64,000 bases of DNA from Marsupella aquatica. Lineage: Eukaryota; Plantae; Marchantiophyta. Every line of letters starts with the position of its first letter. Position 1 is the first letter of the stretch. Both the position numbers and the translations under genes were made by a program. Location: positions 9,324,234 to 9,388,233 of the forward strand of contig OZ316894.1 of assembly GCA_973895155.1 (NCBI GenBank), written 5' to 3'. Shown here one piece after another: positions 23,601-36,626 of this stretch. The notes beneath the pieces were generated by a model. That model saw only the letters and a list, made by a program, of their open reading frames with translations, was not told the origin of the DNA and made no database searches.

Positions 23601-26504
23601 GTCATGTAAAAAGCTGAAACAGGAAAGAAGAACAAACCAGATAGCACAGTTGCCGGAACCTTGAATCCATGGTTGAAAACATCCCCAACACCTGCGACTT
23701 CAGGACTCCGTCATTATTCTCCACTGATATATCGCACTCTATTCCAGTTTTGCATTCGACAAATTTCACCACTGGTACTGCTGCGCGATAAACCGTCTCT
23801 ATCTTTTGGACACTTTGTCGTTGGCCTGCACAGCATCGCGAATATATATCAAATGCATAGTTCGAGACGAGCGTGTAGAAGAGTCCTACGACAAACATTG
23901 ACCTCATTGCAGACCTTTCGAGATAAATGGTTTGATTGGTAGTACGGTCTAGACAGACAGAGAGCCAAGTGGTTGGAACGAGACTTGACAATGGAAACCT
24001 ATATGGCTGCCCTAACAAAACGCAATCGTCCTCTATGTTGAATGAAAGAGCAGTATCATCCAACGACAACTCACCATTTTTTAGACCATACAAAGCCTTT
24101 GCAACCTTTCTCAAGTAATGGACTTTGTCATTACGAGAACGATCACACCTCCCATCAGCTAAATTGAGAGAGAGATCCAAATCGCTGCTTGAGGTGAAGA
24201 GATCCATCACAAACGAACCAAACGCACAGATACAGCTCCCTGAGGTGTAAATGTCAACATGCAGAGTCAGCCTCATTGAAACAATCTAACAAAGCCCAAA
24301 TAGTCACGAAATTATTCCATATTGAAAATCTAGTAGGTCAGGATTTAAGCAGATAGGAGTTTTGAACAGCACTTGCCCACCCTAGCTTTCATACATGATA
24401 CAATGACATGCTGAGAGATAAAACATCGAGTCCTCTTTGCCTCTTAACCCTAATACTTTACACAATGGTGCATGTCAAAGGAGATGGTATACTACCATAC
24501 TCAATTCCAAACCGCCGCATTGCAAGAGAATTGATAAACTTCACTCACCTGGAATCTTGTGATTCACAAACTTCGTGATGTATTGAATCACACTCTGGCG
24601 GGCATCCAAATCGGCTTGTTTCGGTTGGAGTTGACCATATACCTCGTCCAGCATGTCCACAAGCAACTTTTTGCTAGTCGGTGTGAACACAATTTGACCG
24701 ACCTGCTGCAGCTCCAACCATATTGCGCGCTCGTTCACGACTACGAGCAGTAAGAACAGAAGTTAGAAAGCGTTAAAAATACGAAGTAACTGCTCGTTCA
24801 AAGCCATTGAACGGCAGACGAACAGATAATGGAGGCTTCACTTTTGAACAAATATTCCACCTGATTAAACACGAGGTGATCTGTCTGGCGTGAAGAACGG
24901 CGAGGGTTTGCCCATGACTTTGGAGTAACCAACCCCTGTTTGGTTCTGGCAGACAGATATGGTCAGGGCAGTACTCACTGTGCGAGGGAGGGACAACGAC
25001 GCCGTCCGCTGAAGATGAAACATCCTCAGCATCATCATCTGAATCATACTCTTGAAGGTCGGGACTGGAACAACGGTCTCCAGATGCAACCTGCATTGCT
25101 CAGATTTCTAGTATTTGCTGATTCAAATCTGCAATCTAGAACGAAACACGTTTATCAGCCTCTTCAGAAAAGCATCAGGAGGTGAAGAAAGTTACAAAGA
25201 AATTGAGGAAACCAACTTACTACTGACGGAACGGGCCGACTCCGAACACTATACTAAGCTGGACAATCTGCTAAGTAGAAAAATATGCGTCGTCTACGGA
25301 GAAAAGGACGCACGAGACTCGGGACGCGCATAAACCCACGCAACCTAATTAGCTCTAAGATACTACGGTTCATTGCAGAAATGCCACAGAAATATCGCGA
25401 CCATTCGGCGGGAGCCTACAGGTAGCCGAAATGACGATTACTCTCGTTAGGTCCGCAATAACCAGACCACAGCAAACAAATTTCACGGACTACACAAGCA
25501 CTAGGCTGGAGGGTTATGTCGTGGTCTCTTGTGAACATCAGACAAACGGATACAAGGACCAGACAAGACGCGGCTGGCACCGAACAAGAGTCGCAATCGA
25601 AACGTGGGATTCAAGAGTCTCTAATTCGACTCAATTGCTCAAGTGATTCCCACTACGGATGAGGTCATTTCCATAACCACAGCATCACAGAATGAGATGT
25701 GACCTCAGTGAACACAGGTAAGGTGACAAGACATCGGGGGCGGTTTCGATCCCGCATTTGGAACGAGAGGTTCATTCGATAAACACAGAACGACTTACGG
25801 GTCGGACTAGCCACATGCTAAACTGGCGCGCCTGTAGAGCAGTATAAGAGCAGCACTCGTACGCCGCAAGCCACGAAATTGACGAAGGACTAGCTCGGGT
25901 AGCTTTAAAGCTCGAGGGCAATGCGGCGAAGGATTAGACCGTATGGATTGAACATTATATCCACACGAGCTAAGTCGCCAAATTGCACACTGACTGACAA
26001 AAGTGTTCGCATGAGTTTCGAATGACGACCGGACTAATTTGGACTCCAAGCGGAGGGGCAGAACTGAACTCGAACAACAACAATTGCAATACAACGGAGA
26101 GGGACGCCATCATTGGACTGGACCCGCCTGATTATCCTTCACAAGTTCACAATCTCGGAGCGAATACTGAAACAAGCGAAGTATCACAGGCCATATCAAA
26201 CACAGCTTCAAGACCGAAGTAGATAGCGGTACAAACAAAACATTAGAAACAGAGCGTCACGAGATGAACCCATCTCATCAGTGGCACCGCCGATTCCCCG
26301 CTATCTAACCAATGGTAGCTCTACTCCATAAAGTAACCCCGATTCTTCGCTATCCAGCGGTAGTTCTACACCACAGAATTTTTTTTATCAGACCTTTCTT
26401 GACCAAACCGGAATTAAAGTAAACGCGATACGGAGCGGACGCGGCGTCGTACCTGTCGCAAGCCTTAAGAACTTGTGCAACGAAGCTTTTAGCGACCTTG
26501 GCAT
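20651..26504 (-). CDS. HESO1-family terminal nucleotidyltransferase (non-canonical poly(A)/poly(U) polymerase), resembling the NTP4/NTP5-like clade
   Basis: Pol-beta NTase motif FGSFVMDLFTSSSDLDLS, plus VPVVKFVE..GIECDISVEN, VKAWAKKHNVNSSKNGTLNS, TRSPAILPPF and VEDFADRTQNVARSV. Approximate exons: 26504-26394, 25831-25799, 25090-24979, 24740-24549, 24240-24075, 23826-23639, 23508-23413, 22847-22802, 22580-22450, 22013-21909, 21727-20651. The three 5' exons are inferred from splice-phase consistency and are less certain. Confidence 0.9.
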
Positions 26505-27419
26505 CAAAATGAGATGAACGCGCGAGCTGTCGTCGGCATTAGCAGCAACAGCAGTGGGATGAGCGATAGTCACCACAGCAGGATTTCCGTCTACAGCCAA
26601 GCCAAGCCAGACCAAACTACACCACCAGGACGAGAATAGAGGAGTCTGGCGAACGGACGGATTCTCCCAACTTCTTTCCGCACTCACTCCCAGCGTCGTC
26701 GTCCTTGCGATTCGACTATCACAACGAGTGCGGAAAGTAAAGAATGTGCGAAATGAAACGGAATCTCCTCTCCCACCCCTCCGCGCCTCCGTTTCGCCCA
26801 CCAGCAACTTGAGCAACAACTTGCCCTTCGAGGGCGGGCGGGCGGGCGGGCGGTCGGTCGGTCGGTCGGACAAGAAATGCTGAGCACGCGAAAGCCTTTT
26901 GTTGTGAAGCTCTCCCTCGCTTCTTCCTTTTTCACTGTTACTAAAAAGCTCCACCGTAATCCACGCTGTCCCGCTCCACTCCCTCCCTACCAGCAGCAGC
27001 AGCAGCAAAGCATACCATCCTTCCCACCACCGAGGCAGCAGTAGAGCAGACTAGCAGAAACTCATCACGCCAACAATAACAACAATAATTATGGCAGGAA
27101 GCAGGTCCAGCCTCGCCCCTCCACTCCACTACTCGACTCCGGCCCTGCTGCTGTGCTGCAGCGACGCACGCAGGAAGGCAGGCGCAGGCACGCAGGCCAG
27201 GAACGAGGCTGCCTATCATTCTACAGTAGGCAGCACGGCGCAGCCCACACCCAGCCCACAAAGCACACAATGCGCTGCGGATGAGCGCAGCTTGCATCAT
27301 CAAGAAACACAGAACAACGCGAGCCCAAAATCGAAACGTGTGAAAAAACAGCAAAGAATCTACTCCTGTACGCACGCAGATCCCCCCCTACCTACGGTCC
27401 TGTCAGCGGCAGCACCTCT

Positions 27420-29200
27420 GCCGTCTTGCACTCTTTCTCACCACTCCTGGACCAGCAATCGCCCCCCCTCCTGACACCGTCCCCTCCCCCTCGCCTCGCC
27501 TCGCCTTCCATGCGCCCCCACCCCGAGTGGCCGAGTCCCCGACCGCAGGTACACTCCTTCCCGATCCCACAAAGTACCATTCGCTTTACCCTTCGTGATG
27601 TTTTCAGTCTCAGAAGAATATCCCTGTCAAGATTTTGGATCACCTTTTTAATAAGATTCTCTTATACTTTTACTAAAATTAGTACAAATCACTTATGGGT
27701 TAAGATCCGGTTTCCTCTTGCAGTCTCCCTCTCCTAGCCTCATTTCCCATCACTCCTCGACCGACAATCACCCCCTCCTCACACTCTCCCCTCTTTCTCA
27801 TTACTCCTGGACCAACAACCACCCTCTCTTCACACTCTCCCCTCGTCTAGCCTCCCATTCGCCCCACCCCTGTGGCCAAGTCTCCTACCATAGGTCTTTC
27901 CCATACAGTCCACTCACTTACCCTTGTGATTTCTCGCTTTGTATTTTTTCTCAGAACACTCTTAGAGAAGAATGCCCTGTCAAGATTTGGATCACCTCTG
28001 GAGAAAGATTCTCATCTAGGTTTACTGAATTTTATGCAAATAAAAGTCACTTATGCCAACTCTACTAAGGTCCTCTTTGGTCTTGCATTCTTTTCTCATC
28101 ATTCCTCGACCAACAATCACCCCCCATCCTGACAGCCTCCCATTGCCTTGCCTTCCATCCGCCCCACCCCCCAGTGCCCGAGTCCCTGACCCTAGTGCAC
28201 TCCATCCCACACATCACCAGAGATATTGTATAATGCAAGCAAACAGGAATTTTGTTAGCAATGAGAGTGTTGTTAGCAAGACACTAGTGATTTTAAATTT
28301 CTTTTTGCTTTTTGCTGCCTTTTATACTTTTTGTGTGTTTTTTATGATTCCAGATGGAGGAGTCCCCAAAATGTATGTTATCAACCAAGTCCTTGTTAGC
28401 TAGACAGTTGGATATAGAAAAATTAGGGGTCATGTGAGTAATTTTTTTCTCATGCTATCAATTTTTTTACTGTTTCCTTACATGTCACAAAGACCCCAAA
28501 TCACCTTTTGGTCACTCCTTCCCATACAGTACCATTCACTTACCCTTCGTGTTTACCTTTGTACTTTTTGGTGACTCCTCTTTGCCCCCATCGTTTTTTT
28601 CGGTCTACACCGACACTTTTAGAATTATACTCTCACCTAGACTAGATTTCTGGTTTAGAGGTTTCACTCTAGAGAGTATCCCATGGATTTGCTTTTGATT
28701 CCCTTTTGTTACTTAGTCTAAGGTCCTGTTTTGTCATGCACTCTTCTCATCACTGAAGGACCAACAATCACCCCCTCCTGACACAGTCCCAACGGCACAC
28801 TCCTTCCCAGACGACTCTACAGTACCATGCACTTACCCTTCCTGATTGTTTTTTTCTTTGTACTTTTCAGTGTAGTTTTGGAGAAAAATGTGATTTTTTC
28901 ATTTGGATATCTAAGTGCATTTTTTCAGAAGACTGCCTGGGCAAGATTTGGAACACCTTTTCATAAGATTCTCCCCTACTTTCACTAAAAAATTAGTATA
29001 AAACAAATCACGTAGGGCTTTGAGAGTATTAAGGTACTTTTTCGTCTTGCTTACGTTCTCATCACTCCTTGGCCAACAATCACCCCATATTGACACTCAG
29101 TGCATTCTTGGAGAATGCCTTGTCAAGATTTGGATCACCTCAGTCTTTAGAAAAGATTGTCCTCTACTTTTCTAATATTAGCACAAATAGAAATGTCTTA
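27420..29200. repeat. Degenerate tandem array (about 300-350-bp units) upstream of the nucleotidyltransferase gene
   Basis: Recurrent cactcctNgaccaacaatcaccccc-like motif near 27442, 27751, 27802, 28100, 28751 and 29063, and caagatttggatcacct-like motif near 27628, 27981, 28942 and 29124. Confidence 0.75.
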
Positions 29201-29559
29201 GACCTTTAAGTGTATCCTGTTTCCAGCATTGACGACAATAAGGGCCCCTCAAAACCCAAGCTTATACTCTTATTTTTTGAATCATTATCCCATAGTGCTC
29301 AGTAAGCAGGACATTAATATATACTTGATGCCCTTGGTGATTTGTCTGTTTGTAAATTGATGCTTTATGGAGAAGAATGCATGTGAGAAGAATATAAACC
29401 CCAGATTTAGATGGGGCTTATGAAACTTCAAGTCTACTTTTATCAAGTTAGTCCCCCATTTGAGCGTCATGGCCCATAATGCTCTCTTACGAGGATGTTA
29501 CTATATTCATTCACCACTGGTTTCACTTTGTGGACCAGCCATTCTTAAACACTATACAC

Positions 29560-30393
29560 TAGTTACGGACCCCACTAGAGGTCCCTTCAGAAATTCTTAG
29601 CACCACAGCGTGCCATGTCAACAACAACCGCACCAAACAAGACTTGGCGGTTTTGTGAATCAAACTTATAGTTTTCATTCGTGTTTGTGTCAATTTGGGT
29701 GTAAATTTTAGGACGCCGTGCCGTAAAAAGAAAAGTAAAAACATTGGAAAGGCAAAGAGCAAGACGGTTAAAATTGTCACTATGTAGCCGTTTTAGTTAC
29801 ATTTTCAGTTTTAAAACTTAAATTCAAAGATTTATAAAAAATATTTTTCATATAAGAAATAATGACTAATAACTAACTTGATAACTTCCTTGTTAAACCG
29901 CAACTCCCGGTATGTAAGGACCTCTCGTATTGTACGGCCATTAATGATGGGAAGAGCACATAGAAACCCAGGATCGGGGAGGAGGAATGGCTGGAATCTT
30001 GAAATTTCATCGAATTTTATACTCAAAACTATTTACTCATTCTCAAAACAAAAAATACCCAATCGTAGATCTCATTGAGATCTTTCTTTTGCACCCTAGA
30101 TCGCCTTCTAACATGGATGAACAAGATTTCTAGAGGCATTACAAAATGGACGGCAAAGATTGTAAAATCAACAAAATAGACGGCTAGGAAGGCTTGGATT
30201 TGTTTAATTTTTCATTTGAAAAATATTAACCCATTTGCAAGACGGACAATTTCATAGATCTATTTGAGATCTTTTTTTTTTAGCCATAGATTGGCCATTA
30301 TGATGGACGGACGAGATTTCCGGAGATAAGAAATGGAGACGGCTCAAATCGACTCTTCCCCCTGATTTTATTAGCCAAGGGGTCCACGAACTA
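29560..30393 (-). mobile_element. Small non-autonomous element (Helitron/Helentron-like or MITE), copy 1
   Basis: Imperfect inverted ends tagttacggacccc / ggggtccacgaacta. On the minus strand the end reads hairpin GGACCTC-TAGT-GGGGTCC, then CTAG followed by T. 29560-29780 is homologous to the reverse complement of about 47140-47370. Confidence 0.6.
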
Positions 30394-30532
30394 ATTTTCT
30401 TTTCATGAGAGTACAATCTACCATGTCTAAGTGCAACTCTTGGGAAGACGCATTATATCCTGCACTGAATTACAAATGTTCCAAATGCATGAGATTTCAA
30501 TTTTGCACTACCCAATAAACCCATGGAAGAAA

Positions 30533-30535
30533 AAA

Positions 30536-30578
<43 letters not shown>

Positions 30579-30579
30579 A
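30533..30579 (+). repeat. (AAAT)n microsatellite
   Basis: About 11 perfect units. Confidence 0.95.
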
Positions 30580-32444
30580 CTCATGGAAAATCTGGAGGGT
30601 TCAACTGAAATTGAGAGTATATGGGGAAGCAGGACGTTGGGGACAAGACAAGCTTTTGAGAATGACACAACTGGCTCTAACTCTACACAGAACGGGCACT
30701 CATACTACTGTAGTCTGCTAATATATGTAATAATAAATATGTATATTGGGGAGTCTCAAATACAGTACGCGGGCAGTCTCACGTCAGTCCAATTTTTCCC
30801 ACGGCGGCGTGGCTGATACTGGACCCGAAAACATCAAGAGAAAATCTCTGCACCAGTCGAAGCCACCAAGGGTCGATCTTACTGGCACCGGCCATATCTT
30901 GCAGAAGAGCAAAATATTTTAGACCCTCTATTGATTAATTAACTTTACTACCTTTCACAACTATGCTTGTCTCGACGATATTAGTAGTGGAGCCAACCAA
31001 AGCGTCCTGTTCGACTTTTGACCGCGAAATATTCGTGTTACACTGCACAAATCGAGCGCAAATCGACAAGACTATTCTGTTGTCGATAGCGCCAAACCCA
31101 TGTCCCCTATTTCCAAGGCTCGTGGGTCTCTCGCCATCCGGGACTGTAAACTTCCGATCTCCGTCGGAAACGTGCAGCGGTAGGTTCGTCGGTTACGCAG
31201 GACTATACCGTCCTGATCGGTATCCCACGGATAGAGGCATTCACCAGCGGAAGTCAGGTATATCCGTCCTCATCGTATCTCTCGGATAACGGGATTAACC
31301 AGCAGAAACTAGGTGTCACTTCGGTAACTATGACGCTGTTTTAACCTTGCGCGATATCCAAAGTGATGGATTTTGTTTCCTCGAGAGACTCAAAATTCAA
31401 GACGCTTTTTCTATGCTCCGATGTATCTCAAAGCTTTGACCCTTTGACTTCGATGGACCATGTTCAGGTGTTAGTTTAAGCTCAAATATAATAATAGTTC
31501 TCCATAAATGATCACATTTTGGGGCACGAGTTCAGTTGTACCAAGTACCAAGGATACATGATAAGTCGACTGGTTGGGACATGGAAGACCGTCCAGATTG
31601 ATCCACGCTTGACCAACTTTTAGCCTCTGATAGTTGTCCGTACCCTATGCTCAGTTAATTTTAGTATCAAACCCATGCTCCTTAGATGTGATATCTTAAT
31701 GCCCATTGAACTTTTCCTTTCTAATTTCCAGGGTATTCTTGGAGACGAATGCACACTCAAGATTGAGATCAGCCCATTATGAAACTTCTGCTTTTACTAG
31801 AATTAATAAACACCTTATGTACAGAAGGCCTCTGTGAGTAAGGGGCACAGGTATGAGCTAGTGATTGATAAAGGACTTGACCGAGCATCGTAACCAGATA
31901 ACCATGTTGATACTTTCCTGGGAAAACCATGTTGTTACTTTGAATCAAGCACTACATTTCTTTTGAATGAATAATGATCATCATGGTTTTGGGTCCCAAG
32001 AATTATCTGAGTTACATGATCACAGGTTGTGAGCTATCCTAGCATCAACTAGAATTCAGAAAATAAGATCTCCCTATCCCAATCAAATACTACTCCGAGG
32101 AAAGAAATCAAATATTTCCAGCAGATCTTGTCTTTTTGGACTGTGTATCACATCGAAAGTGAACTAAGAAAACAATTTCGCAATTTTTTGCTCCCACAGT
32201 TTTCCACGACCCTGAAAACGACAGTACGGGGAGGGTTTCCGGAATATCTGGCGACGGAAATGAAAAGAAATACCCAAAGACAGAAAGGATGTCCTTGTTT
32301 TTATTATTTTCTCCTGTACTCCAGAAATGGTATCATCGGACATCGGTGATAGTTCCGAACCGTCGTATAGCGCCACTGACGGCGTCTGACCACTGTACTA
32401 CCCGTGGAGGAAACGGAACGGACGGGCTGCCCGGGTGCCATCAC

Positions 32445-33950
32445 TCACTCTTTCCCCATTTGGAGTGAGTCCACGGGTCCCTCCAAATCATTTAAGGCAT
32501 TGTGCCCGTTTACTATGGTAAAATAAACCTGTAAACCCGGTTTGAACAGACTGACACAACAACTTGTCATTAGTTTGTTCCAAAAAGTGTCAAATATCAT
32601 ATATCCGTCTATATTCCCCGGCCGATAGGGACAGGCTGGGACAGGCTGGGACAGGCTGGGACAGGCCGGGGTCGGGCTGGGGTCGGGGTAAGGTCTGGGT
32701 AAGGCCGGGGTGTGACCGGGTTGGGCCAGGCAGGGGACTGGGTCGGGGGCAGGGCCGGGGCTGGGATGACCGGGTGTGACACATGTAGGATGTCAGGGTC
32801 CAAACCCCTCATCTCTCTGACAAGTCCAAACCGGGCCTATAAAGGACACAAATGCAGTCCAAGATAGTAGAGCCATTCAGGCATGTTCCTGCCTCAAAGC
32901 ACAAGATGATTGGAGCATGTAATGGGGAGAGTGTAATGTGGAGAGTCCCTAAGGAAAAGTAATTTTGATTTGCGCACGTGGCAGAGGGACAAGAGGCAAA
33001 ATGCACTTCGCCAAGCCTGGGGTAAACTTTTTCCAGCCTGCCAACAATGCTCAATTTGCAGGTCTGCATTTCCTCTTGTGACCTATCTGGAAAAATAACA
33101 GTGAGATAGCAAGAAAAACATGGATGCTCCTCCATCACTGCATAATCATGCTCTTATGCCACTGTTCGGATGTCTGCACCCAAGTTGTGGGCACAATCAT
33201 CATGGTATACAGATAAAAAAACCAGAAATCTGACCTTAGTGTTAGTGCCTACAGACTCTGAGTATTGCCATAAACGATCTGTGTGGGTACTGTTCAGCTT
33301 TTGCCGGCAACAGGGGGACGCTTGTAGGCAGGCTGGCAGGGGAAGAAGAGGAAAAATGATAATTGTTCAATTTTTGCAGGGCCAATAGACACCCGCGTGG
33401 CATAGGGTACTGGACAGTCAGAATGTGATAAATGACTTTCAAGGGACTAGTCTATCTCTATGCGAATACTTTCCCTATCTGGAAATCGGTCATTGCGAGT
33501 GACTTCTGTTCCGACTGACTTGTCTGTAGTGAGCTGTACAGCATGGCCCAGAGCTGCCCGAGTAGGTCCCACCGCCAACCGACCGTACATGTCTACGTTA
33601 CCAAACGGAGCCGAGCACAGCCCTGCCCGGCTGCCCGGCTGCCCGGCCCAACCTGCCTTCAGTGCGTTTCACGCTCTGACAATAACAAGGAATCGAGGGG
33701 CTCGAGGGGAACGAAGGGGGCCCCTGGAGGGAGGGGCATTGATTGGACAGGAGTCCGAGACGACGGTCCAAATGACTCTAAAATATTGGGGGGGTTTACA
33801 AGGGTACGGCTGACGGTCAAAATCCACACGGGTTACAGAACAAAAGGTACCATTTTACAGGGGCACAGCTGACGGTCCAAATCTCTCGGCTAATCACGGT
33901 TACAAACCTCGAAAGCGCAAAAGTACCCCAAATGGGCAAAGTGTAGTAGT
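32445..33950. mobile_element. Putative non-autonomous TIR element (about 1.5 kb)
   Basis: Imperfect inverted ends: ctttccccatttggagt ... tgtgccc..tggta..ctgtaaacccg on the left, and cgggttacag..tacca..gggcaca ... accccaaatgggcaaag on the right. No TSD resolved. Confidence 0.5.
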
Positions 33951-34789
33951 AAAATATAATATTTGTCAATAATAATGATATTGTTGACAGAAATGAGATA
34001 ACTAGGTCATGGGATGCTCTTTGGGAGTCTAAGAGTCCCTGGCAAGTGGATTTTCAGGTGGGATGCCCTTGGGGAGTCTAAGAGTCCCTGGCAAGTGAAT
34101 TTTTAAGAGTTTGTGAGTTGAGGAGATAGTGGGTGCAGTGAAGATGCAACCTTAAGGCCCATCACATGATTATGAGAAATGTTCCCATCATCACACTGCC
34201 AGGGCACCTTCATGCCAGACTGACATTTTTACACAGATCATGATAAAGAAAGAAGGAGATAGCGTATCAAGAGTTCATATGTTATTAGTTCATACCCACT
34301 CCCTATTGCATGGGGTTATGATCTCACATATCTCCTAAAGTAAGCCTAGAATGGATCTACTACTAAAAGTAGGTGAACAAGGATAAGCAAGCATGGGTTA
34401 TTCATATTTCACTGAGATTGGTTAGTTTCTCAACTTACTCAAGCAACATTTGATCTTTACCCCATTTTGCTTTCCGTACTCGAATCACACCAACAACAAA
34501 AAAGGGTTGCATATTATAGTATGCAGATTACTAAAATTACATCCAAGAGTAGGTTGGTTGCTCCTTGCACATGCTGTAAGTTGCTTTTGTTGCTCGTTTT
34601 AAAACCATATGTGATTTGTTGGAATCGCATGTACAGTTCATTTTAGTTTATTGGATGTTAGGCTGGATGCTCATCCTTAGTAACTGGTGAGCCCAGTTAT
34701 ATTATATGATGTATATCGGCCTGCACAGTCTTTATGACACAGCCAATCCCCTTCTTATGGAAGATATTACATAATTATATAAGATATCT

Positions 34790-35521
34790 TTGCCCACGTT
34801 GTCTGATTGCAAAGGAAAAGTTGTACGTAAAGCCCAAAACCAGGAGTCTTTCTGTCTTATCTCATTACTCTTGCTGTGTGTCACGACTCTCATTATTGTT
34901 CAGGGGCATCTGCGATACCAAATCTCCACACATTCTCCTGTAGACCTGCACAAACTTTCGATGTTGAGAGTGCGACACCTATCGTTGCATGGCTACTTCC
35001 AGGCTGCAAACCAGCTCACCCTTGTGCTGCCATGCAAGACAATCTGGGCTCACTGGTGGAAAGCACCTTAAAGGTCTCGTGTGCGCAGCTGTGGGTTTCT
35101 GTCGGCGTTCGCGTGGAGGTATGTTTACATTTTACATGTAGAATGGACAATACTCAGTAGGTGTGGTAGATTCGCTTTTGAACCCTGGACCAAGACCTTC
35201 AACGCGCGGCATCAGTCTAAGCTTGACAATCCTGCCAGTTGGACACTTTTAATGGATTTGGTTACTGAAAGTGTTATGTTCTTAGCATTTACTGATACCA
35301 GAATCATTCAGGCAGATCCATGTCGGCCTGTATCTTGTTCCATTTTCCTCCATGTTACACAGCGACAGCCGGCATTTTACAATGTGTACAGGTCTCGTAG
35401 CAGAGTGTACAGATTGAGGGATCGAGAAAGAAGCTTTCCTATGCGTGACGTATCATATCCTCCATATCCGTTACATCACTGCTTAGCTGATCTTTGCTAC
35501 CCATGTGATTTAAAAGTATGA
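34790..35521 (+). pseudogene. Possible small secreted Cys-containing protein gene with a one-base frameshift
   Basis: Hydrophobic FCLISLLLLCVTTLIIVQG would join ASAIPNLHTFSC if the G run at 34903-34906 had one more G. Good donor GAG|GTATGT at 35119. No start codon or family established. Confidence 0.25.
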
Positions 35522-36626
35522 CTGAGATCTTGTCAATTTTAGTTGTCAGTGTATCCAAAAGTCGCAAATCGTCAAAAGAATGTATGGACATGGACTGGCA
35601 GTGCCAACAGTGTCTCTACGGTTCAACTAGGACGAGTTTGGGCTCTAAACAGGACAGACCTACTGATGGCATCACTTCCTATCTCCGAGGTACGAACGGT
35701 CTAAGAATTAAGGAAACTGGATAAAAATCAAACCTGAAGCAGAAACTGAGCACCTGTTGGAAAGTTTAGGGTTTGACTAAAAGTTCCCAGTTGAGCTTGA
35801 GGTAGTATTGATCGATCTATCTGACGTAAACAACGAAAAGCATCGCCACCTATTTCGTCTTACAGAAATCTGATCAAAATAGTTGTGCTTGTAGTGAGCT
35901 AAGAAGACCAAATGACGCAGCTCGCATGTGCTGTCTTATAGTTCTTCAGTTATACCCAATGACTAATAAGTCAATCTAGAGCCCTGTGAAAGAGAAAAGA
36001 GACGCAAAGCTTGTAGAAGATTCATTCTTTTTCAACCAAACGCTATGGAGAACCTCGAAGAATATGTAGAAGCAAGGAAATAATCCTCTCCATTCCCTTC
36101 AATCTGGATATTTGAAACAGTGAAGAGATCCAGTACTAGGTCCTGCAGTCTCTCCAAAACCGAAAAGCAAATCAAGGACTTGTACATCAGGTCCAAACAG
36201 AGTGGTTGACAAATTCAACAGGACTATTTGGCCAGTCATGGTTTCCAGTGTAGAAAGACTAATTGGCAATCGATGTTCTTTATAGTGCCAACAGAAATAG
36301 GCTTCTAATTCCACCTCCTAGCAGATCTTCAAAAGCCTGCCTTACATTCTTCTAACCCAGGCCACTACCCGTTTCTAGATGATTATAACTGGAAACTTAT
36401 AACCTGTGCAGGTAGCTGCTATACGACGTACTGTGCTCCAGTTATGCACTGAGGCACGCCCTAAAATTTGTTTCCCTAATGAAATCCAAACACAAGCTAA
36501 AGCTCTAATTGTTTGCTTGTGTTCTACTGGATCCGTACAACAAGTGTCGACAGCTCCAAAACCCTATGCGACCATTCGTGTTAGAAGCAATGGCCCCTGC
36601 TGACATCGCACAAAAGGACCTCTGAT

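Noticed and set aside
31322-31345. TAACTATGAC resembling the conserved LSU rRNA / homing endonuclease site
   Set aside because: Only about 11 nt match and there is no flanking rRNA similarity.
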